IMG/VR virus record: IMGVR_UViG_3300025669_000103
Location: 1 to 37,906 of that record
Source: a virus
Taxonomy: Duplodnaviria; Caudoviricetes
Direction: 5' to 3' (one strand)
Length of the DNA: 37,906 nt
The notes under the pieces were generated by a model. That model ran no database searches, was not told where the DNA came from, and saw only the letters and a list, made by a program, of their open reading frames with translations. How positions within the stretch are numbered: the stretch's first letter is position 1; each line of letters starts with the position of its first letter. The position numbers and the translations under genes are program-made. Of the stretch, positions 1 through 10,024 are shown in pieces.

Positions 1-69
1 CTGTTCCGGCAGATCCGGTAAAGTGGTCTCAATAAGATCAGCTAAATCTGCATTCTTTACTCCGGCCAT
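1..69 (-). CDS. Probable major capsid protein, N-terminal 23 aa only (runs off left edge)
   Basis: Hand translation MAGVKNADLADLIETTLPDLPEQ from ATG at 69, with AGGAGG RBS just upstream. It follows terminase-portal-scaffold, so the function rests on synteny only. Confidence 0.65.
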   Translation of the reverse strand, partial: MAGVKNADLADLIETTLPDLPEQ

Positions 70-81
70 ATTTGCCTCCTG

Positions 82-1227
82 TTAGCTTCGCAGTCCTGGC
101 AAGTTAGCCAGTTTCTGCTGTACTTTCTGTATAAGTTCCTGTCTGTTTCTAGGTTTCTGTTGACTGTTGTTAGATACCGCACCAGTTTTCTTGCTGTTAG
201 CAGGTCTGAGCGTAATACCCTTCTGTCTTGCGACAGCACTCTTCTTGAGATTGCCGCGTATTATCTGTTCCCGTATAGGCTCAGTTACAAGAAGGTGAGC
301 TTTTTCGAGAACCTGTTCTACGCTGACATCAATACCTCTCATGCGTAAACCAGTCATAATACACTCGGCCTCGTCGAGTACAGCTAGTCTATGTTCCTGT
401 TGTCCGTTGGTGAGATCCTTTATAGACTGGCTAAGGCCTACCTTACCATAAAACTCTTCATATGGTGCCATGTCACCTAAACCAAAGAAGGTATTGATCG
501 TTTGATCTACAGAAGCATTAGCCGCCGCATTAGCCCTTGCCGTAGCAGTTCCATATAAATCCTTAGACTGCTGAGGTTGTGTTACAACCTGTGCAGGTTT
601 AGGTGCCGCTAGCAACTTAGCAACTGTTTCGATCAATGGATCATCGGGATGCTCAACTTTGAGCCTATCAAGAAGAGGTTGTAGATCAGGATCTACATCC
701 TGTACCACCGGCTTTGCTTCTGTAGCCAGCCTACGTTCCTCATCTATCTTAGCTCTGCCGAGTGCCGACCATTCCTTATTGGCATTGATAACACTATTGT
801 GACAAGCACCCATAGTTCTAAGGGCAAGTTCTGGATTGGCCTTTACTAACTCGTCAACTTCTTCCTGTTTCCATCCATTGTGAATAGCTGCCCTTACGTA
901 GGCATCGGGTATGCTGACAGGTGCATCCTCACTATCCGTATTACTTTCCTCTCCAGGTATGTCATCCACCTTACCGTCCACCACTGCCTGTCCGTTATTC
1001 TCCTCCTCGGAACCGTCCTCCGGTACGTCAGGGGTAGGGGTTTTTGATTCGGGATCGACATCATCCTGCTCTGCATCTAAACCATTTTCCAACTCTCTGA
1101 GATGAGCTAATCTTCCTTCCATAGTATTGACTAGCTTAGGATCTTCGATAGCTTTCTCATCAAGCGTTTTTAGTCCTTCCGTGTGATCTCCTGAATTTCC
1201 TTGTTCTAGTTCTTCGATTGTACGCAT
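82..1227 (-). CDS. Putative capsid scaffolding protein
   Basis: 381 aa with an acidic low-complexity N-terminus, helical middle and basic C-terminus. Lies between portal and capsid. Confidence 0.6.
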   Translation of the reverse strand: MRTIEELEQGNSGDHTEGLKTLDEKAIEDPKLVNTMEGRLAHLRELENGLDAEQDDVDPESKTPTPDVPEDGSEEENNGQAVVDGKVDDIPGEESNTDSEDAPVSIPDAYVRAAIHNGWKQEEVDELVKANPELALRTMGACHNSVINANKEWSALGRAKIDEERRLATEAKPVVQDVDPDLQPLLDRLKVEHPDDPLIETVAKLLAAPKPAQVVTQPQQSKDLYGTATARANAAANASVDQTINTFFGLGDMAPYEEFYGKVGLSQSIKDLTNGQQEHRLAVLDEAECIMTGLRMRGIDVSVEQVLEKAHLLVTEPIREQIIRGNLKKSAVARQKGITLRPANSKKTGAVSNNSQQKPRNRQELIQKVQQKLANLPGLRS

Positions 1228-1273
1228 AACTATAAACCTTTCATTAGCTGTCTAATGTCACTTAGTAATACGC

Positions 1274-1663
1274 TTACTTAGCGACCTTAGAGGTAGGTAA
1301 TTTTTGGTTGATCTTCTTGCCCCTATGTCTGATTTTCTGAGGCTCTTTCTTAAACCCACACTTCTTTAGATAATTATCATGATCCTTATAAGTCTCGAAT
1401 ATGGGCCTACACTCGCTATCAATTCTTATATTCGGAAACTGTTTCTTATGCTCCGCTACTTGATCAGGTGTTATAGCCAACGAATCAGAATGTATAGCTT
1501 TACCATACTGATGACCACCAGATACGAATGGCATGTCAGCGGCTATGTCACGTTTCATCTTAGCACCACAATCAGAACACATGTATGGCTTATCACAATC
1601 TTCCATTGAGCGTGATACATAGTCATACTCACCGCAATCACATACGAATGTATAGCTTGGCAT
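1274..1663 (-). CDS. FmdB-like zinc-ribbon protein
   Basis: MPSYTFVCDCG...CSDCGAKMKR matches the MPxYxxxCxxC...CxxCG pattern. Confidence 0.75.
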   Translation of the reverse strand: MPSYTFVCDCGEYDYVSRSMEDCDKPYMCSDCGAKMKRDIAADMPFVSGGHQYGKAIHSDSLAITPDQVAEHKKQFPNIRIDSECRPIFETYKDHDNYLKKCGFKKEPQKIRHRGKKINQKLPTSKVAK

Positions 1664-1881
1664 TATTTTATCCCCAAACTTCTAAGATCATCTTTACTCA
1701 AACCAGCATCTTTCAATCGCTGACTATCACTTTTGCGTTTGACGTTCTTAAAATATACTGACGCTGTTTCCTTATTCTTGCTTTTAAGATGTTTCTTACC
1801 GGCTTTGCTATGGCCAGCTTTTCCGGTTAATGCTGATTTTACATTTTTCTTTAATCGTTTAACCCAATTATTATTCGCCAT
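1663..1881 (-). CDS. Small basic hypothetical protein
   Basis: 72 aa, Lys-rich, GGAGGT RBS, overlapping start/stop with neighbours. Confidence 0.7.
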   Translation of the reverse strand: MANNNWVKRLKKNVKSALTGKAGHSKAGKKHLKSKNKETASVYFKNVKRKSDSQRLKDAGLSKDDLRSLGIK

Positions 1882-2117
1882 TATTTCTTACCTCCAAATA
1901 CTGCTTTCAGCTTAGCAGATGTCCTAGTTAACAGACTAGCTTTCTCCGTTAATACGCCAGCCTCTTTATTCATTTCTTTGGTTACTACCTTAAGGAACTT
2001 TTTATCAGCTTCTATCTCAGCCGATTCACGCATAGTCGTCACTGCATTACGAACTTTCCAAGGATCATAACCGTCTATTTTCTTTTCTTGCATTTCATCT
2101 CCGCATATATTACTCAT
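1881..2117 (-). CDS. Hypothetical protein
   Basis: 78-aa ORF tightly packed after the portal gene. Confidence 0.7.
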   Translation of the reverse strand: MSNICGDEMQEKKIDGYDPWKVRNAVTTMRESAEIEADKKFLKVVTKEMNKEAGVLTEKASLLTRTSAKLKAVFGGKK

Positions 2118-2118
2118 A

Positions 2119-3897
2119 TTATACTCCTGGTTCTGAAGTTCTGGCTGATTGCGACTCAGCAGAGCTTATCTGTTCAATGGCTTTACGCTCTTGGAAACTA
2201 TTCTGATCCTTCATCTGATTACCCTGACCGGCTGTTGGTCCAGCTACCTGAGCCTTACCCTGCGGCTGAGGTCCAAGCTGTTGTACTAACTCCATACGCT
2301 GCATAAACGATTCATCTACAAACCAATCTTGCACATCCTCAAGTATGCCCAGTTCATCAGCGATATCAGTTAAAATCTCAGGTACATTGGTAGGTATGCC
2401 CATCTGTGCATTTACCGCAGCCGCGTTCACCACGCTAGGCATGACTTTGGTAGCAAATTCTATAATGCGTTTGGTCCTAACAGCAGGATCTAACCGTGAC
2501 ATAGATCTAGCCTTAAGCCTGAACGTATACTCTAGGAAGTCACCTCGTCTTTGCTCAGGTGTCAATATTAACTGTTCATGCTCACCACCTGGTTTACGTC
2601 TTGATAACGGTACATCTATAAATGGATCATAGTGCATGTACCAGGCTTTCTTCTTGCCACACTTAGCGGCGGCATCGTATACCATTCCGCGTGCATCTTC
2701 TATGGTTATGGTAGAATTAGCCTGAAGTATGTTCGCCTGTGTAGCACTATCAGCCTGTGAAGCTAGACCCGCAACTTGATCTGGATTACCAGACATATAG
2801 TTAGTCCAAACTTGCAAACGTTCAAGCATGACTTCACTTTTCTGATTCTGTCCACCGTATGACACTACCTTTACAGTATCTGGATTACCAGCTACCATGT
2901 CACCATCTTCGGCAGTCCTCATATCCTCAGCTTCATCTGCACCTGCTGGATCATATACAGTTATATCTTTCTGCCTGTCAGCCTGGTTCATGAGCTTGGT
3001 CATCATCCTATTAGCCATCTTATGAAGATCATAAAATACACTGACTGGAGCTACAGGATACGGATTTCCAGGTATAGGTTGCGTTAGTGACATTATAGTA
3101 TACGGTCCTTCTTTAGGACCATAAAAGTCACGTGCCGCAAGATATTCATCAAACACTATCTGGCTTGGATCTGGTATGGTTAGCAAAGCGTCAGCTTCTG
3201 GTACATAACACTCTACCACATCAACATAATCCTGCATCTGATACATTTCTGAGTCACTAACATTTTTACGAGATATACTATCGACACGCCTAGCGGCATC
3301 AGGGTGCATAGATCTTGGAAGTTTCATTACTAGATCATGATCGAACTCATTGTCATCCAATAGTATCTGTCTTGGCACTCTATTCCTGTCGCCCAGGAAA
3401 GATGCGGTACGGTAATCCTTACATACTGGATCGAATGTGAAGTCATCGAAGTCAACTACGTCAGTGTAGATCTGTCCTTCATCTACTAGTACGTCACCAA
3501 AGTTAAGTAGCTTACCACTAGTGGCTATGCCGGTTTTGAATATTGCCATTAAGAAAAAGGCATCTACTATACCACCGCGTAATGTTTCTTTGAACTCTAT
3601 CTTTCTGTCCAGCTTATCTAGGCCAAGTCCTAGTAGGTAAGCGTAGTCACGGTGTGGTATGATCTCTGTCTCCACTTTAGTGACACCTGTTCGCATTACC
3701 AGATTAGGAACCATAGCACGAATAGTATTAAAGATTAAGTTTATAGGTTCCTCACCTGTAAGGCCATACTCTTGTGCGTAATATTTGCCGACATACTCTC
3801 GTATGAACATGGCACGTGAGCGTGCGAAACGTCTATTACGATCAAATCCCTGCTTTACTGCTAAACTAAATTGTCTTGGTGTTATACTTTCTGGCAT
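2119..3897 (-). CDS. Portal protein (P22-like)
   Basis: 592 aa directly after the terminase. It has a PINLIFNTIR-type N-terminal motif, a DFTFDP motif, a QADSATQANI segment and a Gln/Gly/Pro-rich tail, as in podovirus portals. Confidence 0.85.
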   Translation of the reverse strand: MPESITPRQFSLAVKQGFDRNRRFARSRAMFIREYVGKYYAQEYGLTGEEPINLIFNTIRAMVPNLVMRTGVTKVETEIIPHRDYAYLLGLGLDKLDRKIEFKETLRGGIVDAFFLMAIFKTGIATSGKLLNFGDVLVDEGQIYTDVVDFDDFTFDPVCKDYRTASFLGDRNRVPRQILLDDNEFDHDLVMKLPRSMHPDAARRVDSISRKNVSDSEMYQMQDYVDVVECYVPEADALLTIPDPSQIVFDEYLAARDFYGPKEGPYTIMSLTQPIPGNPYPVAPVSVFYDLHKMANRMMTKLMNQADRQKDITVYDPAGADEAEDMRTAEDGDMVAGNPDTVKVVSYGGQNQKSEVMLERLQVWTNYMSGNPDQVAGLASQADSATQANILQANSTITIEDARGMVYDAAAKCGKKKAWYMHYDPFIDVPLSRRKPGGEHEQLILTPEQRRGDFLEYTFRLKARSMSRLDPAVRTKRIIEFATKVMPSVVNAAAVNAQMGIPTNVPEILTDIADELGILEDVQDWFVDESFMQRMELVQQLGPQPQGKAQVAGPTAGQGNQMKDQNSFQERKAIEQISSAESQSARTSEPGV

Positions 3898-3899
3898 AT

Positions 3900-5822
3900 T
3901 TATTTCCTAAGATCCCATGCTTTACGCCAATTCTTATTTTTCTTAGTACGCTTTTCCTTGAGTGCTTGCTTCCTACCAGCCGCAGTTCTCATGTCACGCT
4001 TGGCTACATTCTTATTAGCACTCTTAAAGTTGTGAGTCTTATCATCTACTGTCAACGCATCAGCCATACATCTGTCACCGTGTGTCTTTTTGGCAGATCC
4101 ACTTTCCTCTACTAGGCAAGCAGGGCCGATACTACCGTCATCAAAATAGATATACTGTTTAGCTTCCTGCAAAGCTAATATAGAATGATTTATGTAACCG
4201 CCATGAGCAAGTGCTCTATCATAATCACGTAACAGTAGACCCTTTGACTTATGATTATTATGCCATCCATATTTCTTGGTCGTCTTAGTTAACGAAGTGC
4301 CTTCCGTCTTGCTACGATAGTAATAAGGATAAAAGAAATCTTTTACAGTACACTTACCAAAATCATAACCAGGATCTCCGTTCATCTCCCATTTCAAGAA
4401 TGGAAGTTTCTTCCTTCCACCTACCCATACACACAGGGCCATACCTATCCTGGCCATCTCATACGGGGGTGTATTAGCATCAGCCCACTCACCAACCTTC
4501 TCACCAGTCTGTCTATTCTTTATAGAGAACACCGAGTTAGAAGCACCCTGACCTTTACTTATATCAGCACCGAGTATATAATCATAATGCTGATCTAATC
4601 TGCCATTGATAAGATTGACCCATATTTTTAATTTACCCTTACGAGAACGTTTAGCCTCAACTTTAGATATGGCACGCTTCTTTAACAATACTTTTATACC
4701 GTCACTAGGTACACCACGTTTCCAATCAACGTTCCATTGCGACAGCGGATTCTTTCCAAACAACGCTATGTGTTTATCAATGTTACTATTAGTAAAGAAT
4801 GTAGACCCTGCTTCAAGGTCATCAGCATCAATTTCTCTGGCCATCTCATTAGGCGATAGTTCTTCTTCCTTCTTGCAGTACCAGGGAGACTTGATCTTCC
4901 ATCCCTGTGTCACTTCATCCTTCTCTGCGTATCTATTCTTACCTTTATCAGGATGATTCCACCACATAAGCGGGAATACCACTATTTTGCCATCATTTTT
5001 CCACTTGCTATACTCAGTCCCTGGGCCGACAACAGTTGAATTAACTATACGCATAAGGGCAGCAGGTCCAGTCGCACTACGCATGAGCTTACCATTCCTC
5101 ACTTTAGCAAACTCATCTAGTAGGATAACCATTCGCCTATCACCAGAAGCTGCGTGCTCAGTGGTTGACTCACCATCTATACAAGCACCGTTAAGCTCAT
5201 TCAACATGTGCATCTTAGTACGAAATTTCTGACTAGGATAGCATAACGGGGGCACCATCCATTCTGGTAAATATCTGTTCAAATAATCATGTTTCTGGAA
5301 CAAGGCTTTCATGTTACCAGCTTTGTCCACATAATCTTCTGTACGAGATAACTCAAGTAATTGTGCATTAGGATGAAACAACCACAACCAATGTATAAAG
5401 ATCGTGCACATCCAGCTTGCTCCCATGTCACGCGACTTGTTAATCAGGATATCCTTACCCATTTTTAGGTGCCGGATAAGTTGCTCGAACAACACATCCT
5501 GTATATCCCATGATATAAACGGGCAATGCGTTTCGCGTGATTCATAAGTAGCACCAGTATCTCCTTCTACATCGAACTGATGGAACGTAAAGCAAAAAGA
5601 ATTTACCCAGTATAGTAAAGATTCAGAACAGGCAGCTAATAAATCTTCCTGCATTCCTCTATCATCTTCAGCCTTTCGTAACAATCTTGCCCGATACTCT
5701 AGATTAGGTATATCATGTTTAGGGACGAGCAAACCCGTTTTACCGCACTTCCAGTATTCCTGGAGATCAGGAAAAGGTTTTGAAAGACTAGGTTTCAGAC
5801 TATCTAGTACCGCTTCTGTCAT
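3900..5822 (-). CDS. terL: Terminase large subunit
   Basis: INKSRDMGASW (Walker A variant), ILLDEFA (Walker B), VNST (motif III), nuclease ILGADIS and HGDRCMADAL. Confidence 0.92.
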   Translation of the reverse strand: MTEAVLDSLKPSLSKPFPDLQEYWKCGKTGLLVPKHDIPNLEYRARLLRKAEDDRGMQEDLLAACSESLLYWVNSFCFTFHQFDVEGDTGATYESRETHCPFISWDIQDVLFEQLIRHLKMGKDILINKSRDMGASWMCTIFIHWLWLFHPNAQLLELSRTEDYVDKAGNMKALFQKHDYLNRYLPEWMVPPLCYPSQKFRTKMHMLNELNGACIDGESTTEHAASGDRRMVILLDEFAKVRNGKLMRSATGPAALMRIVNSTVVGPGTEYSKWKNDGKIVVFPLMWWNHPDKGKNRYAEKDEVTQGWKIKSPWYCKKEEELSPNEMAREIDADDLEAGSTFFTNSNIDKHIALFGKNPLSQWNVDWKRGVPSDGIKVLLKKRAISKVEAKRSRKGKLKIWVNLINGRLDQHYDYILGADISKGQGASNSVFSIKNRQTGEKVGEWADANTPPYEMARIGMALCVWVGGRKKLPFLKWEMNGDPGYDFGKCTVKDFFYPYYYRSKTEGTSLTKTTKKYGWHNNHKSKGLLLRDYDRALAHGGYINHSILALQEAKQYIYFDDGSIGPACLVEESGSAKKTHGDRCMADALTVDDKTHNFKSANKNVAKRDMRTAAGRKQALKEKRTKKNKNWRKAWDLRK

Positions 5823-6214
5823 GTTTTGTCCTTAGCAATATTATTTAATCTATCCTTAGCTAATTGAGACACCCTATCAGCAGCGGTGGGTTTGCTGTCA
5901 TCCTTATCAACTTCAACGGTAGGAACCCTGCCCTCAAGACGATCATACAACATAGTGACATACGTTTTATCTGGGAAGTGAATTACTTCTTTGTCACCTA
6001 TTACTTGCCCAGTTACCTTATCAAGTACTTCTACCTTCTGCTTATAACCCAAAGCCGCGTTCCACATGTAACGTGCCAGGGCTTCAGCCTTGGTGATCAT
6101 GCGAGCATCGTCTATACCCTTACCGAATATAAGAGGATCTTCATGATTCTCTTCAGCTATCTCACGTATAAACTGTGTGAGTAGTCTACTTGCTTTTGCT
6201 TTCGTACCGCTCAT
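5819..6214 (-). CDS. Putative terminase small subunit
   Basis: 131 aa overlapping the terL start. Helical, with a LYDRLEGRV motif common in small-terminase-like proteins. Mainly positional. Confidence 0.55.
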   Translation of the reverse strand: MSGTKAKASRLLTQFIREIAEENHEDPLIFGKGIDDARMITKAEALARYMWNAALGYKQKVEVLDKVTGQVIGDKEVIHFPDKTYVTMLYDRLEGRVPTVEVDKDDSKPTAADRVSQLAKDRLNNIAKDKT

Positions 6215-6869
6215 AAGCCGCTAATATGCTTTTCATATCCTCACAGAAGTTAATTCCTAAGCCACCATACCCGACTTGACCGTTATATATACCTACCAAT
6301 TTACCATCCTCATCATATAACGGGCCACCACTCATGCCAGCATAACCATCAGAGTCAGTCTGTATCATGTCACTCCAGTTTAGTCCTAGGTCGTTCCTAT
6401 CTATATAGGATACCATACCGCGTATAAGGCTAAACTTATAATTTATTCTTGCTGGCGTACCAGCTATATATACAGTGTCACCGAGTTCACACGGTACCAT
6501 TGAAGTATCAGATATATAGAGTTCGTCAGCTTCTACGAAGATAAAACCTACATCCTCTTCTTCGTCAATATAGAAGTCACTCGACTCAAGTATAGTACCA
6601 CCAACTAATTCTATTAACACGGCTTCTTTTCTATTACCATGTTCATCCTTTAGACAATGAGCCGCTGTAACCACAACGTTATCTTTCCAGAATACACCGG
6701 ATGCGAAACCACTATTGCCTGGATACCTCAACAGCACTGTCGCATCTACCATGTTCTCGAACTTGCTCTTTACGACCATTTCACTCTCTGCCGGTGGTAT
6801 CAAAGCACAGGATATAAAGGCCAATGCAATCAACACTAATATCAATAGTTGTACTAACTGTCGCTTCAT
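6186..6869 (-). CDS. Trypsin-like (S1) serine protease with N-terminal signal/anchor
   Basis: Catalytic triad motifs VTAAHC (His), EEDVG (Asp) and GMSGGPL (Ser). Hydrophobic N-terminus ends at FISC. Confidence 0.88.
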   Translation of the reverse strand: MKRQLVQLLILVLIALAFISCALIPPAESEMVVKSKFENMVDATVLLRYPGNSGFASGVFWKDNVVVTAAHCLKDEHGNRKEAVLIELVGGTILESSDFYIDEEEDVGFIFVEADELYISDTSMVPCELGDTVYIAGTPARINYKFSLIRGMVSYIDRNDLGLNWSDMIQTDSDGYAGMSGGPLYDEDGKLVGIYNGQVGYGGLGINFCEDMKSILAAYERYESKSK

Positions 6870-6880
6870 GCCACTACCTC

Positions 6881-7234
6881 CTAAGTGTCACTGTTAAGCT
6901 TACGGATGTACGCACTCTTGGCACTCTCATCGCTCTCAAAGTACAGTGTAGTCTTACCAAGCGGCATACGAAATATGTGTGTCACTCCGGCGTGGAATAC
7001 CCACTCGATGTTAGCCGCTGTGGATGTCACTCCAGTAATACTTGCTAGCATACGCTTACCAGCCGTAGCCACGAATGTGATAGCATACATCTGACCACCT
7101 ACCAGTGTCTGCGTATAGTCGTTACCAGCCGTAGTAGTAGTTAATGTTATCCCAGACGCAGCTACCGGATCTGCACAATGTGGATGTGCCGGTACGCGAT
7201 TACCCATATTGTCCATTGAATAATTATCACTCAT
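6881..7234 (-). CDS. Hypothetical protein, beta-rich, possibly virion-associated
   Basis: 117 aa, Thr/Ala-rich, in the late arm. Confidence 0.6.
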   Translation of the reverse strand: MSDNYSMDNMGNRVPAHPHCADPVAASGITLTTTTAGNDYTQTLVGGQMYAITFVATAGKRMLASITGVTSTAANIEWVFHAGVTHIFRMPLGKTTLYFESDESAKSAYIRKLNSDT

Positions 7235-7235
7235 A

Positions 7236-7496
7236 TTACTTGCCTTTCTCTTGTTTTAATCTAACAATCTTGGTAATACAGCCTTTGGGTATAACTGTAA
7301 GGTCTCGCTCTTGTCTATCACCCTGTTGCACAGTACAGCTTAGGCGTAATACTCTTTTATCTTCATTAAGAAAATACCCTGTTGACATACATTTACACAC
7401 AGACTCTTTCTCAGCTTTATTCTGTTCTAACCACACAGAGTGGGTGACAATATCATCCCAACTAACTTCTATGACATCATTCAACCTTAACTTCAT
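7236..7496 (-). CDS. Conserved-type small phage protein
   Basis: EVSWDD...CMSTGYFL...IPKGCI pattern recurrent in phage hypotheticals. Confidence 0.65.
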   Translation of the reverse strand: MKLRLNDVIEVSWDDIVTHSVWLEQNKAEKESVCKCMSTGYFLNEDKRVLRLSCTVQQGDRQERDLTVIPKGCITKIVRLKQEKGK

Positions 7497-7676
7497 TTAT
7501 AATCCTCTTAAAAGCTTAGGCCAATCGTATTCTCTTTTACATCCTGTATACGGATCTATATCCATATAGACAAACGCATAATCTTCTATGGTGTCACGCA
7601 GTGCAATCATAGGATCATTACTATCTAGTATGTGCATCTCAAGACAAGCAAAGAAAAAGTCTACCTGTTCATACAC
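7497..7676 (-). CDS. Hypothetical protein (59 aa, not in ORF track)
   Basis: GTG start after a GAGGAAG RBS; MYEQVDFFFACLEMH...KLLRGL; fills the gap exactly. Confidence 0.55.
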   Translation of the reverse strand: MYEQVDFFFACLEMHILDSNDPMIALRDTIEDYAFVYMDIDPYTGCKREYDWPKLLRGL

Positions 7677-7696
7677 ATGTCACTTCCTCTCTTTAT

Positions 7697-7972
7697 TTAT
7701 GCCCCTGGATTAGGGACTTTGACCACTATACCACCTCTATTACCAACCGATAATATACTATGACCAACTTTATTATCATCCTTGAATACCCTCATGGCGT
7801 AAGAACCAGTATATCTAAAGTCAGTATCAAAATAATATAGTCCATCATATAAGTATATCATGTTAGCCCGTTCACTTTTACTTAAGTCGGGACTGATAAT
7901 TTCTATTTCTACTTGCTGCCCGACAAGGATATTAGACTGGAAGAATAGTCTGTTAGGTCCAGTAGTATACAC
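7697..7972 (-). CDS. Hypothetical protein, Ig-like beta-sandwich candidate
   Basis: 91 aa; ISPD...DGLYYFD...GSY pattern resembles Ig-like domains. Confidence 0.5.
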   Translation of the reverse strand: MYTTGPNRLFFQSNILVGQQVEIEIISPDLSKSERANMIYLYDGLYYFDTDFRYTGSYAMRVFKDDNKVGHSILSVGNRGGIVVKVPNPGA

Positions 7973-7976
7973 ATAC

Positions 7977-8336
7977 TTATCCTATCATAGGTGGTGACTG
8001 TAAGCTATCTACTTTAGTCTGAACAAGGTCGACTTTACTTTCTACACTCTGGACGTTAGAGCCTATTGATCCAATATTATACGCACCCACCGAATAATGC
8101 TTTATTACCTTAGCACCTTCAGAATCAGTTATTTCAATAGACCAATCACCATTGGCATTAGGTATAAATGATTTTGACCACCTGTCACTTACACCCGCTT
8201 GTACCATAGCACCCGATTGTGCCGCATCCAATACATCAGTCTCATCAAACACATCAACATTTACTGATACAGCACCTGCTGTAGCCTTAAAGATAACCTT
8301 TATTGATTCATCTTTTTTGTAATTACTTCTGGCCAT
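7977..8336 (-). CDS. Hypothetical protein, Ig-like domain plus short coiled coil (possible decoration protein)
   Basis: 119 aa; FIPNANGDWSIEI strand pattern and heptad-like VESKVDLVQTKVDSL; AAAGGTG RBS. Confidence 0.55.
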   Translation of the reverse strand: MARSNYKKDESIKVIFKATAGAVSVNVDVFDETDVLDAAQSGAMVQAGVSDRWSKSFIPNANGDWSIEITDSEGAKVIKHYSVGAYNIGSIGSNVQSVESKVDLVQTKVDSLQSPPMIG

Positions 8337-8349
8337 AATACACCTTTCT

Positions 8350-8469
8350 TTAACCTATGTGAGCAGGTATTGTACGTTGCTCTTGTCTAATTTCTTCAAG
8401 CTCTTTGGCAAGCTCTAGATGTTCTACATCTTTATATTTATCCCTAAGATCACTATCAGTTAGCGGCAT
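8350..8469 (-). CDS. Small hypothetical protein (39 aa, not in track)
   Basis: MPLTDSDLRDKYKD...HIG after a GAGGTGA RBS. Confidence 0.5.
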   Translation of the reverse strand: MPLTDSDLRDKYKDVEHLELAKELEEIRQEQRTIPAHIG

Positions 8470-8472
8470 CTG

Positions 8473-8712
8473 TCACCTCAGTCCTATCCTAGCATTCCTT
8501 GTAGCTCGGTCTATCCCTGCCTTACGATGCCTGGCAAGCCTGTCCCTGGAACGTGCTTCGACCATACCATCTAAGATCTTGGCGTTACGATTCGGGTCCA
8601 GTACTTTCTTGACTTCTCTCATGAACTGGCTTTTACTCATCCCGTCCCGCTTATCCTCTGGTAAGGTATCAAAAAATGTGCTAACTTCTTTCATAGTCAG
8701 TTCACTACCCAT
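8473..8712 (-). CDS. Hypothetical protein
   Basis: 79 aa with a GGAGG RBS. Confidence 0.65.
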   Translation of the reverse strand: MGSELTMKEVSTFFDTLPEDKRDGMSKSQFMREVKKVLDPNRNAKILDGMVEARSRDRLARHRKAGIDRATRNARIGLR

Positions 8713-8716
8713 ATCG

Positions 8717-9220
8717 TCATTCCTCCAAAAGATAATTTGCGGCGTTTAATAGTGTATCTACATCATCTTGGAGATATCCTATACCAAGATTACACCTACT
8801 ACACAGCAATCCCCGCACTTCTCCAGTTTTATGATCATGATCAATGGCTAATCTACGTACACCAAATTGATTCTTTGCAGTTTCTTCTTTCCCGCATACA
8901 GCACAAACTCCATTTTGACTTTCAAACATCGCATCATATTGTTCAAGGGTTATGCCATATGCCTTCAACTGATGTTTCCTATTGCGTAGTACCAGCACTT
9001 CAGGTTTTTCTTTGCGATATTTTCTTCTATTCTTGGCATGTAATACAGCACATTTCTTCTTGTTATTCTTTGTCCATAGTTTCCTGCGGTCTCTTCCGAA
9101 TGCTATCCTACACTGTTTGCACGAAGTATCATAACCGGAATAGCTGGATTTGTTTTCATAGAACTCATCTAACGACTTCTCTTTACCACAACGGCGACAG
9201 CGTTTGAGTTCGTTACTCAT
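8717..9220 (-). CDS. Endonuclease VII-family nuclease (probably homing-type)
   Basis: YGITLEQY...QNGVCAVC...LAIDHDHKTGEVRGLLCSRCNLGIG signature, plus an N-terminal CxxC...CxxC finger. Confidence 0.9.
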   Translation of the reverse strand: MSNELKRCRRCGKEKSLDEFYENKSSYSGYDTSCKQCRIAFGRDRRKLWTKNNKKKCAVLHAKNRRKYRKEKPEVLVLRNRKHQLKAYGITLEQYDAMFESQNGVCAVCGKEETAKNQFGVRRLAIDHDHKTGEVRGLLCSRCNLGIGYLQDDVDTLLNAANYLLEE

Positions 9221-9456
9221 ACTGTCACTCCCTTTAACGTGGCCAATTTATTTTCTAAAACGCTTATCATCCTATTGTGTATCAATTCCTTAATTTTATC
9301 ATCAGATAGCTTATCAAGTTCTTTTATACCAATTGGTATTGAAACTTCTAACGTGGCAACTTGTACGAGAGACTGGTGACAGCATGGCAACCATCCGCAA
9401 GGAAATTCATCAAGTGATAATCTGTTCAAAGTATCTGAGGCTTCCTGTATTAGCAT
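9217..9456 (-). CDS. Hypothetical protein
   Basis: 79 aa, translationally coupled to neighbours. Confidence 0.6.
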   Translation of the reverse strand: MLIQEASDTLNRLSLDEFPCGWLPCCHQSLVQVATLEVSIPIGIKELDKLSDDKIKELIHNRMISVLENKLATLKGVTV

Positions 9457-9668
9457 GTCACTCCCCCAACGATCTTGGCATCAGGACACTTGCAGTTGAG
9501 ACAAAAGATGCCCCGCTCTTTGATGTACTCTGATACCAATAGACCATGCGATACACACTCGTTCCATTGGTTGCCGCAGTTTAGGCACTTCACTGTTGCA
9601 TCATAATGTTCTGGTTCCATCTTTTCCACTTCGCATTTTATCATATTGTTTACGTCTTTGTGGTTCAT
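9450..9668 (-). CDS. Small zinc-finger protein
   Basis: CLNC...CLNC pairs. Confidence 0.6.
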   Translation of the reverse strand: MNHKDVNNMIKCEVEKMEPEHYDATVKCLNCGNQWNECVSHGLLVSEYIKERGIFCLNCKCPDAKIVGGVTC

Positions 9669-9669
9669 G

Positions 9670-9888
9670 TCACTTCCCCTTTAACGTGTCAAAACCTTCT
9701 TTACCTACTATGCCATGATAAGTGCAACCGCAATTAGGAAACTTACACCACAATACACGCCTGTGACCACACTTGCAGTAACAGTTCTGTGTTATGTCAC
9801 TCACGTAGTCCGGCTTTCTCTCGCCACACTTACACTGGCCAACCCAATCTACCGCTTCTTCCCAGATATGAAACATGGTTTCCGTCAT
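9670..9888 (-). CDS. Cys-rich small protein
   Basis: CKCG occurs twice, plus CKFPNCGC. Confidence 0.6.
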   Translation of the reverse strand: MTETMFHIWEEAVDWVGQCKCGERKPDYVSDITQNCYCKCGHRRVLWCKFPNCGCTYHGIVGKEGFDTLKGK

Positions 9889-10010
9889 TACCTACCACCC
9901 TGTCTGCAAGTCTCTACGCAATCCCGTACATCAGGATCATCTGGTATGGCCATGCTTCCGTTAGCCATTGCCTCGATCTCTGCCAGCGTGTATGATCCGT
10001 TTTCAGCCAT
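9888..10010 (-). CDS. Small hypothetical protein (40 aa, not in track)
   Basis: MAENGSYTLAEIEAM...GGR after a GAGGTGA RBS; TAATG coupling to the next gene. Confidence 0.55.
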   Translation of the reverse strand: MAENGSYTLAEIEAMANGSMAIPDDPDVRDCVETCRQGGR

Positions 10011-10024
10011 AATTCACCTCTCTC

